Shown here piece after piece: positions 11,028 to 22,613 of a stretch of DNA of 64,000 nt. This DNA is from Basidiobolus meristosporus CBS 931.73 (Eukaryota; Fungi; Basidiobolomycota). The translations under genes were made by a program, and so were the position numbers. The DNA is taken from the NCBI GenBank assembly GCA_002104905.1, contig MCFE01000220.1, positions 1-64,000 on the forward strand, written 5' to 3'. Numbering within the stretch: the stretch's first letter is position 1; each line of letters starts with the position of its first letter. The notes beneath the pieces are model-generated. The model made no database searches. It was not told where the DNA came from and saw only the letters and a list, made by a program, of their open reading frames with translations.

Positions 11028-12530
11028 ATGTCTACTTCTAACTGGTTCGCTTTTACTTCGAACGAGTCTAGTGCCTATCTCAAGATCACCACTACTGAGC
11101 TTCTCGACAAGTTCATTGATGAGATCTCATCCAATGATGCTTTTGCCAAGGCCTTGAAAGGTCTTGATGTCAGCCCCTTGTTCATCCGTACCGCTGTACC
11201 TGATAGAGAAGAGGCTGAGAGCCATGAATGTAATGCCGAGGGCGGTAACCCATGCCTTTTTACTGACTCCCAACTAACCACCGTCATTGAGAAATGCTCG
11301 AACCTCGAGGTTTTGTGCATTGGTTATGGCCCTCAAATCATCGAAGCCGGTGTCCTATTAAATGTGTCCGGTCCTGAAGCTGGATATCAAACCTCCAACG
11401 GACCAGCCTGCCTGTCCGAGGACGTGTTGAAGAGAGTTTCTGAGCTCTCCAAGTTGGAGATCTTGAACTTGTATGGCTGCGATAATCTCAGTCAAGATGC
11501 TGTTGTGCTCATTGGCCGCGGTTGCCCCAATCTCAAGCAGCTCTGCATTGATGGTGAAGATGATGAGGAGGATGATTTCGAAGATATCCTCAACGAGGAA
11601 GAAGATCAAGATGCTGCAGACAAGGAAGCTGAGGAGGAAATTGTAGAAGAAGAGGAAGAGAGACCTTGGACTGTTGAAGACTGGAAAGCCTTCCAAAACC
11701 TCGAGGTCCTGTCTGCTGACAGCGTCGAGCTTGCCGTCGTTGCTGATCTCCCCAAGCTTACCCATGTTCAGATCTATCCATTCGCTGAGCCAGATGTCTT
11801 GAAGAAGTTCATTGAAAGCCATGCTGATAAGCTCCGTTATACAAACGTTACTGAGGAGTATACCTACACTGATCCTGAAGATCCTGAAACCCCTATTCCC
11901 CACCACAAACTTCCAGTTGAGATTTTGAAATGCTCTAAATTGGAGTCCTTCAACATGAATGTCTATGATTATGCCGAATCTCACAGTGAAGGGTTCTTTA
12001 GAAAGGTTATCGAGTCTTTCCCCAACCTGAAACACTTGGAGCTTACCGATGATAGTGATGTTGCAACCACCGTAGCTTCAGTCACATCCAAATTAACCAA
12101 CTTGGAAACTCTTATCTGGGATTCTGAGGAAATCACCGATGAAACCGTCGGTGCGATCTCCAAAGCCCTCCCTAACCTCAAAAACTTCCTTCTTGCTTTT
12201 GGTGAGGAAGTCAGTGATAATGGCGTTGCTGCCATTGCCGAGAACCTCAAGAGCCTTGAGCAACTCTCCCTTCCCACCATCAGTCCTGCCAGTGTCAACG
12301 TCCTTAAAAACCAATGCCCCAAATTGGTTGAAGTCGGGATCATCCGCAGTGATAGTCTCACTAAGGAGCATGTTGAGGATCTTAAGGTCAGGCTTCCTAA
12401 CCTTCGAGGCATCTGCATTACTGGAGATATCAAGAAGGAGGTGATCGAGTGCTTGATGGCCCAAGTTCCTGAAGTTCAATATCACCTTGAGGGCTTGGAG
12501 GACAACGGAGAAGAAGCTGATGAGGAATAA
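11028..12530 (+). CDS. Acidic RNI-like leucine-rich-repeat protein, paralog 2
   Basis: 500-aa ORF sharing long identical blocks with 8927-10435. Confidence 0.82.
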   Translation: MSTSNWFAFTSNESSAYLKITTTELLDKFIDEISSNDAFAKALKGLDVSPLFIRTAVPDREEAESHECNAEGGNPCLFTDSQLTTVIEKCSNLEVLCIGYGPQIIEAGVLLNVSGPEAGYQTSNGPACLSEDVLKRVSELSKLEILNLYGCDNLSQDAVVLIGRGCPNLKQLCIDGEDDEEDDFEDILNEEEDQDAADKEAEEEIVEEEEERPWTVEDWKAFQNLEVLSADSVELAVVADLPKLTHVQIYPFAEPDVLKKFIESHADKLRYTNVTEEYTYTDPEDPETPIPHHKLPVEILKCSKLESFNMNVYDYAESHSEGFFRKVIESFPNLKHLELTDDSDVATTVASVTSKLTNLETLIWDSEEITDETVGAISKALPNLKNFLLAFGEEVSDNGVAAIAENLKSLEQLSLPTISPASVNVLKNQCPKLVEVGIIRSDSLTKEHVEDLKVRLPNLRGICITGDIKKEVIECLMAQVPEVQYHLEGLEDNGEEADEE

Positions 12531-12805
12531 TCAATTATTATAGAGCAAGAGCAAGAGAGTCTAGAGCCAAGCCTCACCTCTCATACAATCTATCCTTGAA
12601 CGTTTATGTAATTTTAGTGGAAATTACCTGAGATGGCTTAGCGGCTGGATGAGCCATAGTTAGAGGTAATTACATGATGACCCATAGTTAAACTAATGTA
12701 TCTGGCCAGACTTGTTCAAAATAAAGATGTCTTTGTTTACAGCTTTTACTTGACGATACAGATATGACTTATTCACAGTGAAGTTCAAGTGGTAATGATG
12801 GTAGA

Positions 12806-14604
12806 TTAGAGTTTGGAGTTTAACTTGGTGTTGGATAGTTTATCCAGAAGCTGGCGATCTTCCATCGTTAATCGTTTGTGAGGAAGGATGGACGAGCCCT
12901 CTCCTCTACGAGGCACATCCTTCTCGGGAATGCCAGTCTCGCGGGAGATTAACGCCACTACACGAGGTTCACAGAATCGGCCCTGGCATAAGCCCATACC
13001 AGCTCTAGTACGCTTCTTGATGGAGTCTACAGTGTGCGCAGGCAAAGGTCTTCCTATGGCGTCTTTAATTTCCGCCTCAGTGACCCTCTCGCATCTGCAA
13101 ATAATATTTTTGCATGGATCTGGATCGTCAATCACCCCATCAAAGTCCTCACCCTTAGGCACTATGACGGCATTGCGATAGGGATTGAAATTAGGATTCG
13201 GTTCAAGTCCGACCACCACAGATTTGGATGGACAGGTAGCGCAGTTATTTTTACACGAGTCCGCTTCTTCTCCAGTTGTGGAGCATTTGCCCCTCCGTAC
13301 ACGTCCGCGCTGCTGTATACGTTCCCGGAGAACACAGTTGGAGATGATGTCGGTGACGAGTTTGGCTATAGCAGGAGAGCTCGTTAGCCCTGGCGAGTCA
13401 ATTCCAGCCACATTAACGAATCTCTTCACTTTGGACTCCTCAACAATGAAGTCGTACTGGTCCGTCTTCGCGCGATAGCCGGTATATGAGGTCAGGGCTT
13501 TCTTGGCATTAAACCCGGGAACCAAGTGTCTGGCCGCATTCAGTATAAATTGGGCGACCTGTTGGTTGTCCATATCGCGATCCTGGTCAACCACGTTTCC
13601 ACCAGGGGCCGTTGCTTGAATCTCAGCAGAGACGCTTCTCGAGGTAGGGCCCAATAAGAGATTACCATGGTAGGTCGGACTCACCAGAATGCCTTTGCCG
13701 ATGATCTTGTTAGGCAACGGGAATAGGACATGATTTGCTAGATGTCCTTGTGACTTGTCCAAAATGATGTATTCTCCCTTTCGAGGGACGATACGGAAAT
13801 GATCGACCCCCACCATCGCTGCTACTTTGTCGGAATATCTACCCGCGCAGTTGATAACGAATCTAGTACGGAAGCTGTTTCGAAGAGCGGGTGAATGTGG
13901 ATCAGATGGCTGGTTATCTGGCTTCCATTTGCCTGTGGTTCCATATGAGTAGTGGTGATGGTGGTTGTATTGGTTTTGATAAGGAAATAGGCATTTGGGT
14001 CATCTTCCTCGTCTGGCTGATTTTCATAGCCAATCTTGTGAGGTAGTTTTTGTATATCAATTACCTCATGGTTCAAGAGGATTTCTACCCCGTTCTGAAC
14101 TGCATTCTCGGCCAAGGCTATAGTATATTCATAGGGCGAAACAAGTCCTGCGTCAGGACAATACAGAGCGGAGTAAACCTGAGGGTTAATGTTGGGCTCC
14201 ATAGCAAGGACTTCTTCTCGGTTTAATATGAACAGACGATTGACACCGTTAGCTTTGCCGTTAGCATATAGAGCCTCCAGAGCCTTATTATCCTCTTCTG
14301 AGAAGCCAACTACTAAGGAGCCTACCAGCTTGAACCCAAAATTGAGCTCCTTGTTGAGGATGGGGAAGAGTTGATTTCCTTGATGAGAAACGATGGATTT
14401 TAAGGTTCCGTGCTTTTCGTCATAACCACCGTGTATAATACCCGAGTTGGCTTTAGAGGCACCTTGAGAGACATCGTCAGACTTCTCGAGGACTAGTACT
14501 TTGAGACGATACTTGCTCAACTCCCTTGCGATGCAGGAACCTACTGCTCCTGCACCGATAACAACAATGTCATACATTTCCGTGTTGCTGGAGTGTGTTG
14601 ACAT
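12806..14604 (-). CDS. Bacterial-type FAD-dependent oxidoreductase (GlpA/glycerol-3-phosphate oxidase-like) with C-terminal BFD-like [2Fe-2S] domain; split by a 1-nt frameshift
   Basis: YDIVVIGAGAVG FAD motif, SKANSGIIHGG, RFVINCAG (in the shifted frame), PRKGEY, GIDSPGLTSSPAI and CRCERVT..IKKRTRAGMGLCQGRFC. No GT-AG intron explains the frame change at ~13840-13990. Confidence 0.85.
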
Positions 14605-15272
14605 GGATGGATTGAATGGTAAGTGAAAATTGAGAATTTGATAGATACTGATGGAAGAGGAAACATTCAAATGCTCTATTATAAATCCAATGCGGTTTCT
14701 GAAACCCACGACTGCTTTTTTTCCTCGAATTTTCCTCAGATTGAGAGGCACTAAGACCTCTGCCTGATTGGTTCCATGGCCATCAGAATGCAGTTAAATA
14801 CAGGGTATATTAGAAGCACATCGCATTTATTCCCAGATCAAATGGTCTATTCTAGACTTTCAGATGATTGCCATTCTGGTGTAACTTCTCTCCACAACAA
14901 TGCGGATTTTTTGTAAGTACGGTGCTCCAATCACATCCACAACCTACTCCAGATGGACAGTTCTACACCATGAGGCGTACTGGAATTAAATGCTAGCTTT
15001 AAATTGCTGCTTATTCTAAAAATGTGCTTGTGGGAACTGAACGGGCTAGACGAAACTGTCTTATCGATATCTACATCTAGTTTTAAGTTAGCTCGCTCCA
15101 CTTCGCATAAACATCAACTCCAGCCCAGATAGAGGCCGAGATCACTTAGGGTTGGAGTTTATTCAGGTGGGTTATTGTGAATTGATGTGCATATTCTCGA
15201 TCAGAAATATATATATACTCGAATTAAGAAATACATTTAGCACAAGCAAGCGGTAATGGCCATTTTCCCGAT

Positions 15273-16460
15273 TTAGTAGCCACCACTGTTGTAGCCACCA
15301 TTGCGACCGCCAGAGTATCCACCGTCGTGACGCATCATATCCACCATTGATGACCGCCATCGATATCCACCGTTGTGTCCACCAGTATAGCCACCATGTC
15401 TGTTGTATCCAACCCGAATCTTGCCATCCAAGAGATTGCACACACTAGGATTGACGCTGACTCCAACAAGCTGCGCTGCTCCAACAATCACTCGACACTT
15501 CAGTCTCTCGAGACGGAGAAGGTCGATGTCGACACCCAAGCGAAGGCAAACGCCTAGATCGATTTTGGCGCCACACAAGGTGTGGATCTTGGCAATGATG
15601 GTCTCGCACGACTTGGGGTAGCGGGGCTTTCCGGTCGTTGGTGGGTAGGTAGGAGGCTGGCAGCTCTTGCATGGCTTCTCTGGAGTCGGTGGGTAGGATG
15701 GAGGGTTGGGAGGCTGACAGCTCTTGCATGGCTTCTCAGGGGTGGTGGGGGGATAGGCCGGAGGCTGTACAGGAGGCTTGCCAGGCTCACCAGGCTTACC
15801 AGGTTTGCAAGGCTTCTCTGGCTCAGTGGGGGTCTTGGGTGGCTTGGATGGCTTGTCGTGCATGACACTCACCTCGCCATCTCTCTTGATGTGCTTCTTC
15901 CCGTTGCCTCCAAGGGCCAGGCAAACCTTCGCGTCAGCCTTGATCCCCAGGATGTTGGCTGCGGCACAAGCCTCAACACAGGTCATCTTGGATGGGACGC
16001 CGCTGATGAGGGGGACCAGCTTGATGATGACATCGTTCAAGCAGACCTTCGCATCCACCTTGATGCCGAATGCGGCGAGTCGCGCGACCACGCCGTTACA
16101 CGCAGATTTAGCATGTTTGGCAGAGACTGAGGTGGTCTTGGACTTCTTGCCATGTCCAGCAGAGGCCAAGCACACCTTCGCGTCAGCCTTGATTCCCAGA
16201 ATGTTGGCTGCTGCCACGGCTTCTATGCATGTCATCTTGGATGGAACACCGCTGATGTGAGGGATCAGCTTGACAACGGTGTTGTCCAAGCAGACCTTAG
16301 CGTCAGCCTTGACCCCAAAGACAGCGAGCCTTGCCACTACTCCGTCGCAGACGGACTTCGAGTGTTGAGCGCTGATGGGAGTGGCACTCAGATTGATCGG
16401 CTCTTCGGCCATTACAAGCACAGCAGGTAACAAAGCTAAGGCGCTAGCGAAGAGCTTCAT
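15273..16460 (-). CDS. Secreted Cys/Pro/Gly-rich repeat protein, copy A
   Basis: Signal peptide MKLFASALALLPAVLVMA, two Cys-containing repeats, a KR site, a PK/YPP-rich region, a third Cys domain and a GGYN-rich tail. Confidence 0.85.
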   Translation of the reverse strand: MKLFASALALLPAVLVMAEEPINLSATPISAQHSKSVCDGVVARLAVFGVKADAKVCLDNTVVKLIPHISGVPSKMTCIEAVAAANILGIKADAKVCLASAGHGKKSKTTSVSAKHAKSACNGVVARLAAFGIKVDAKVCLNDVIIKLVPLISGVPSKMTCVEACAAANILGIKADAKVCLALGGNGKKHIKRDGEVSVMHDKPSKPPKTPTEPEKPCKPGKPGEPGKPPVQPPAYPPTTPEKPCKSCQPPNPPSYPPTPEKPCKSCQPPTYPPTTGKPRYPKSCETIIAKIHTLCGAKIDLGVCLRLGVDIDLLRLERLKCRVIVGAAQLVGVSVNPSVCNLLDGKIRVGYNRHGGYTGGHNGGYRWRSSMVDMMRHDGGYSGGRNGGYNSGGY

Positions 16461-17116
16461 GGTGTCGACCGATCGAGAAAGAGGGGGCAAAGGAGAGATG
16501 AGTTTGAATTGATGTGCCTGCCGGTGGAAGATCGTATATTTATAGCAAGCATTCTCTTCCGAAGATCAGTAAGTCAGTGACATACTGAGCCAACAACCAG
16601 TTCGGAGTGAGTCGAATATTTGGATACACTACCTGTAGTTGAGCACATAATAACTAAGCACTGCAATGTGAAACTTGACGATATTTCTAGTTTTCCCAAA
16701 ACGAAGAATTGCTGGTAGCATCTGATTATCATTCTTCCTCAGCTAGTGCCATATCAGACCCAAACATTCAGGTATGAGATGATGGTATGTTTGGATTCAC
16801 AAATTCGATCTATTGGTGAACAAAAGGGTTTCCTTAAATTGCATGCACCGCTGATCATTGAATTCATAGATATGCCAGAAGTATTGCTTGGTTCATCTTA
16901 CAAACTAAATGTAACCGGATTCTCAAGCATGCCAAAGTTCCAGTTATTTGCACTTGGGGTTGTGCGTCCAAATATACCTCCCCCGCCCTAGACAGATTAG
17001 AGACTCAACGAACTTTGGAGGAGACTGCTTGCTATAAATATACGATCTCCCGCCAGCAGTCAAACAATTCAAAGTCATCTCTCCTCTACTCCCCTCTTTC
17101 TCGATCGGTCGACACC
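16461..17116. promoter_or_regulatory. Bidirectional promoter spacer 1 (656 bp) with outward-facing TATAAATA at each end
   Basis: GCTTGCTATAAATATACG upstream of both ATGs. The spacer is the near-exact reverse complement of 20738-21393. Confidence 0.7.
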
Positions 17117-18358
17117 ATGAAGCTCTTCGCTAGCGCCTTAGCTTTGTTACCTGCTGTGCTTGTAATGGCCGAAGAGCCGATCAATCTGAGTGCCACTCCC
17201 ATCAGTGCTCAACACTCGAAGTCCGTCTGCGACGGAGTAGTGGCAAGGCTCGCTATCTTTGGAGTCAAGGCTGACGCTAAGGTCTGCTTGGACAACACCG
17301 TTGTCAAGCTGATCCCTCACATCAGCGGTGTTCCATCCAAGATGACATGCATAGAAGCCGTGGCAGCAGCCAACATTCTGGGAATCAAGGCTGACGCGAA
17401 GGTGTGCTTGGCCTCTGCTGGACATGGCAAGAAGTCCAAGACCACCTCAGTCTCTGCCAAACATGCTAAATCCGCGTGTAACGGCGTGGTCGCGCGACTC
17501 GCCGCATTCGGCATCAAGGTGGATGCGAAGGTCTGCTTGAACGATGTCATCATCAAGCTGGTCCCCCTCATCAGCGGTGTCCCATCCAAGATGACCTGTG
17601 TTGAGGCTTGTGCCGCAGCCAACATCCTGGGGATCAAGGCTGACGCGAAGGTCTGCCTGGCCCGTGGAGGCAATGGGAAGAAGCACATCAAGAGAGATGG
17701 CGAGGTGAGTGTCATGCACGACAAGCCATCCAAGCCACCCAAGACCCCCACTGAGCCAGAGAAGCCCTGCAAACCTGGTAAACCTGGTAAACCTGGCAAG
17801 CCCAGCAAACCTCCTGTCCAGCCTCCGGCCTATCCCCCCACCACCCCTGAGAAGCCATGCAAGAGCTGTCAGCCTCCCAACCCTCCATCCTACCCACCGA
17901 CTCCAGAGAAGCCATGCAAGAGCTGCCAGCCTCCTACCTACCCACCAACGACCGGAAAGCCCCGCTACCCCAAGTCGTGCGAGACCATCATTGCCAAGAT
18001 CCACACCTTGTGTGGCGCCAAAATCGATCTAGGCGTTTGCCTTCGCTTGGGTGTCGACATCGACCTTCTCCGTCTCGAGAGACTGAAGTGTCGAGTGATT
18101 GTTGGAGCAGCGCAGCTTGTTGGAGTCAGCGTCAATCCTAGTGTGTGCAATCTCTTGGATGGCAAGATTCGGGTTGGATACAACAGACATGGTGGCTATA
18201 CTGGTGGACACAACGGTGGATATGATGGCGGTCATAATGGTGGATACAATGGCGGTTACAACGGTGGGCATAATGGCAGTTACGATGGGGACCGTAACGG
18301 TGGTTATAATGGTGGTCATGATGGAGGATACAATGGCGGTCGTAACGGTGGCTACTAA
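17117..18358 (+). CDS. Secreted Cys/Pro/Gly-rich repeat protein, copy B
   Basis: Same architecture; longest GGHNGGY tail. Confidence 0.87.
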   Translation: MKLFASALALLPAVLVMAEEPINLSATPISAQHSKSVCDGVVARLAIFGVKADAKVCLDNTVVKLIPHISGVPSKMTCIEAVAAANILGIKADAKVCLASAGHGKKSKTTSVSAKHAKSACNGVVARLAAFGIKVDAKVCLNDVIIKLVPLISGVPSKMTCVEACAAANILGIKADAKVCLARGGNGKKHIKRDGEVSVMHDKPSKPPKTPTEPEKPCKPGKPGKPGKPSKPPVQPPAYPPTTPEKPCKSCQPPNPPSYPPTPEKPCKSCQPPTYPPTTGKPRYPKSCETIIAKIHTLCGAKIDLGVCLRLGVDIDLLRLERLKCRVIVGAAQLVGVSVNPSVCNLLDGKIRVGYNRHGGYTGGHNGGYDGGHNGGYNGGYNGGHNGSYDGDRNGGYNGGHDGGYNGGRNGGY

Positions 18359-19564
18359 ATTCCGTTAAGCATTTGCAGCTTATTGTGATTCTGATATACC
18401 TCTTTGTATTTGTTGATAAGCTCATGCAAATTTATGTGAGGTTTTAAATGTTCATTTGGTAATTAACTCTAAATAAATCCACTTACATGATCAACTCGAT
18501 CCGCATATTGCTGGATGACTAGAGGTGGATTGGCGGCTCAAATAAGTAATGCATCTTCAAATTGCTTCATGGTCGGACTGGAAATTGTGTTGCAAATGCT
18601 GACTAAAGGAGTATTATGATCGGTCTAGCTAATGGTGGATTTTATATAGTATTGTCCCAAAGGTTCCCTCAATCTCCCTTCGCCATAATCAGTAACTTTG
18701 AGTCAGTATATGAGATGCAATACACTACCAATTGCGAATCTGAGTATCCATAGTGAGATGACATTTCGAGTAGAACACTATACAATAAAAAGCGCTTGGA
18801 ATCAATCTACGGTTCCTACTTAGACCATCTTGGGCTTGAAAAGTATTATAATCTATATATTACTTTTATATTTTCATATTGATTTGAGTATTTCCACTGT
18901 ATTGCCTATCGATGATTTGTCTGGAATTAACAATCAGTAAGAATCGTAGTAGAGACTGTATCGGTTGGTGTAATGGTAGCCTCAAGGCCAACTTTAACTG
19001 TGAGATCTGGGATTGTTATATTGGCAACTACTAACTATGGAAAGGTGTAGGTCTTACTGCTTCACTTTTGGAATACTAAAATTCAATTCAGACCAAGCCT
19101 CTAGCTGAACGCACCTGTACATATGTTCTGTTTAGTTCATGGCTCCAACTATTGTCTAATTTAAGTGTATCTTGATAGTATGTATACAGGCCATTAGAAC
19201 ATAACAATATAATCGTGTGTACTTGAGAGATCAAGGCTCTGCCTTAATTCAAATACATCAAGATTGCTAAAATATTTCATTGTGCCTTTCACTTATTGAA
19301 TCCCCAGTTTTCTCCCTATAAACTTCATATGACTAAACAGTTGCCTTAAAAATGCTAATACAAGCAAGCCTCTAATTCGCGATATAATTAATTTCCCCAC
19401 AGCGTTCTTGTCTACACTATAATAACAGTAACATTTGCTGCTCAACCTCCAAGCCATATATGTATTAATATAGACATTCAATACTTTATTAATAAACAAA
19501 TGTTAACAGTTCGCATTAAAGAGTATATTACGCACTGACGAATGATCGCAGATATTATCAATAT

Positions 19565-20737
19565 TTAATAGCCACCACTGTTGTATTCACCATTGCGACG
19601 GCCATTATATCCACCATTATGACCGCCATCATATCTACCGCTGTGTCCACCAGTATAGCCACCATGTCTGTTGTATCCAACCCGAATCTTGCCATCCAAG
19701 AGATTGCACACACTAGGATTGACACTGACTCCAACAAGCTGCGCTGCTCCAACAACCACTCGACACTTCAGTCTCTCGAGGCGGAGAAGGTCGATGTCGA
19801 CACCCAAGCGAAGGCAAACGCCTAGATCGATTTTGGCGCCACACAAGGTGTGGATCTTGGCAATGATGGTCTCGCACGACTTGGGGTAGCGGGGCTTTCC
19901 GGTCGTTGGTGGGTAGGTAGGAGGCTGGCAGCTCTTGCAAGGCTTCTCTGGGGCCGGTGGGTAGGATGGAGGGTTGGGAGGCTGACAGCTCTTGCATGGC
20001 TTCTCAGGGGTGGTGGGGGGATAGGCCGGAGGCTGGACAGGAGGCTTGCTGGGCTTGCCAGGCTTACCAGGTCTACCAGGTTTGCAAGGCTTCTCTGGCT
20101 CAGCGGGGGTCTTGGGTGGCTTGGATGGCTTGTCGTGCATGACACTCACCTCGCCATCTCTCTTGATGTGCTTCTTCCCATTGCCTCCAAGGGCCAGGCA
20201 GACCTTCGCGTCAGCCTTGATCCCCAGGATGTTGGCTGCGGCACAAGCCTCAACACAGGTCATCTTGGATGGGACACCGCTGATGAGGGGGATCAGCTTG
20301 ATGATGACATCGTTCAAGCAGACCTTCGCATCCACCTTGATGCCGAATGCGGCGAGTCGGGCGACCACACCGTTACACGCGGATTTAGCATGTTTGGCAG
20401 AGACTGAGGTGGTCTTGGACTTCTTGCCATGTCCAGCAGAGGCCAAGCACACCTTCGCGTCAGCCTTGATTCCCAGAATGTTGGCTGCTGCCACGGCTTC
20501 TATGCATGTCATCTTGGATGGAACACCGCTGATGTGAGGGATCAGCTTGACAACGGTGTTGTCCAAGCAGACCTTAGCGTCAGCCTTGACTCCAAAGATA
20601 GCGAGCCTTGCCACTACTCCGTCGCAGACGGACTTCGAGTGTTGAGCACTGATGGGAGTGGCACTCAGATTGATCGGCTCTTCGGCCATTACAAGCACAG
20701 CAGGTAACAAAGCTAAGGCGCTAGCGAAGAGCTTCAT
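19565..20737 (-). CDS. Secreted Cys/Pro/Gly-rich repeat protein, copy C
   Basis: Same architecture; ends GEYNSGGY. Confidence 0.87.
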   Translation of the reverse strand: MKLFASALALLPAVLVMAEEPINLSATPISAQHSKSVCDGVVARLAIFGVKADAKVCLDNTVVKLIPHISGVPSKMTCIEAVAAANILGIKADAKVCLASAGHGKKSKTTSVSAKHAKSACNGVVARLAAFGIKVDAKVCLNDVIIKLIPLISGVPSKMTCVEACAAANILGIKADAKVCLALGGNGKKHIKRDGEVSVMHDKPSKPPKTPAEPEKPCKPGRPGKPGKPSKPPVQPPAYPPTTPEKPCKSCQPPNPPSYPPAPEKPCKSCQPPTYPPTTGKPRYPKSCETIIAKIHTLCGAKIDLGVCLRLGVDIDLLRLERLKCRVVVGAAQLVGVSVNPSVCNLLDGKIRVGYNRHGGYTGGHSGRYDGGHNGGYNGRRNGEYNSGGY

Positions 20738-21393
20738 GGTGTCGACCGATCGAGAAAGAGGGGAGTAGAGGAGAGATGACTTTGAATTGTTTGACTGCTG
20801 GCGGGAGATCGTATATTTATAGCAAGCAGTCTCCTCCAAAGTTCGTTGAGTCTCTAATCTATCTAGGGCGGAGGTGGTATATTTGGACGCACAACCCCAA
20901 GTGCAAATAACTGGAACTTTGGCATGCTTGAGAATCCGGTTACATTTAGTTTGTAAGATGAACCAAGCAATACTTCTGACATATCTATGAATTCAATGAT
21001 CAGCGGTGCATGCAATTTAAGGAAGCCCGTTTGTTCACCAATAGATCGAATTTGTGAATCCAAACATACCATCATCTCATACCTGAATGTTTGGGTCTGA
21101 TATGGCACTAACTGAGGAAGAATGATAATCAGATGCTACCAGCAATTCTTCGTTTTGGGAAAACTAGAAATATCGTCAAGTTTCACATTGCAGTGCTTAG
21201 TTATTATGTGCTCAACTACAGGTAGTGTATCCAAATATTCGACTCACTCCGAACTGGTTGTTGGCTCAGTATGTCACTGACTTACTGATCTTCGGAAGAG
21301 AATGCTTGCTATAAATATACGCTCTCCCACCAGTAGTCAAACAATTCATACTCATCTCTCCTCTACTCCCCTCTTTCTCGATCGGTCGACACC
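20738..21393. promoter_or_regulatory. Bidirectional promoter spacer 2 (656 bp), inverted relative to spacers 1 and 3
   Basis: Reverse complement of 16461-17116 across its whole length. Confidence 0.75.
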
Positions 21394-22613
21394 ATGAAGC
21401 TCTTCGCTAGCGCCTTAGCTTTGTTACCTGCTGTGCTTGTAATGGCCGAAGAGCCGATCAATCTGAGTGCCACTCCCATCAGTGCTCACCACTCGAAGTC
21501 CGTCTGCGACGGAGTAGTGGCAAGGCTCGCTATCTTTGGGGTCAAGGCTGACGCTAAGGTCTGCTTGGACAACACCGTTGTCAAGCTGATCCCTCACATC
21601 AGCGGTGTTCCATCCAAGATGACATGCATAGAAGCCGTGGCAGCAGCCAACATTCTGGGAATCAAGGCTGACGCGAAGGTGTGCTTGGCCTCTGCTGGAC
21701 ATGGAAAGAAGCCCAAGACCACCTCAGTCTCTGCCAAACATGCTAAGTCTGCGTGTAACGGTGTGGTCGCGCGACTCGCCGCATTCGGCATCAAGGTGGA
21801 TGCGAAGGTCTGCTTGAACGATGTCATCATCAAGCTGGTCCCCCTCATCAGCGGCGTCCCATCCAAGATGACCTGTGTTGAGGCTTGTGCTGCAGCCAAC
21901 ATCCTGGGGATCAAGGCTGACGCGAAGGTCTGCCTGGCCCTTGGAGGCAATGGGAAGAAGCACATCAAGAGAGATGGCGAGGTGAGTGTCATGCACGACA
22001 AGCCATCCAAGCCACCCAAGACCCCCACTGAGCCAGAGAAGCCTTGTAAACCTGGCAAACCTGGTAAGCCTGCAAGCCCAGCAAGCCTCCTGTCCAGCCT
22101 CCGGCCTATCCCCCCACCACCCCTGAGAAGCCATGCAAGAGCTGTCAGCCTCCTACCTACCCTCCATCCTACCCACCGACCCCTGAGAAGCCATGCAAGA
22201 GCTGCCAGCCTCCTACCTACCCACCAACGACCGGAAAGCCCCGCTACCCCAAGTCGTGCGAGACCATCATTGCCAAGATCCACACCTTGTGTGGCGCCAA
22301 AATCGATCTAGGCGTTTGCCTTCGCTTGGGTGTCGACATCGACCTTCTCCGTCTCGAGAGACTGAAGTGTCGAGTGATTGTTGGAGCAGCGCAGCTTGTT
22401 GGAGTCAGTGTCAATCCTAGTGTGTGCAATCTCTTGGATGGCCAGATTCGGGTTGGATACAACAGACATGGTGGTTATAGTGGTGCACACAACGGTGGAT
22501 ATGTTGGCGGTCACAATGGTGGTTTCAACGGTGTACACAATGGCGGTTACGATGGTAACCGTAACAGTGGCCATTATGGTGGCTACAATAGCGGTCGCAA
22601 TGATGGCTACTAA
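21394..22613 (+). pseudogene. Secreted Cys/Pro/Gly-rich repeat protein, copy D, with a 1-nt deletion (pseudogene or assembly error)
   Basis: CCTGCAAG instead of CCTGGCAAG at ~22070 shifts the frame. The normal C-terminus continues in ORF 22287-22613. Confidence 0.7.

Noticed and set aside
18962-19030. tRNA-like start GGTTGGTGTAATGGTAGC
   Set aside because: No T-loop GTTCRA, acceptor stem or cloverleaf follows.
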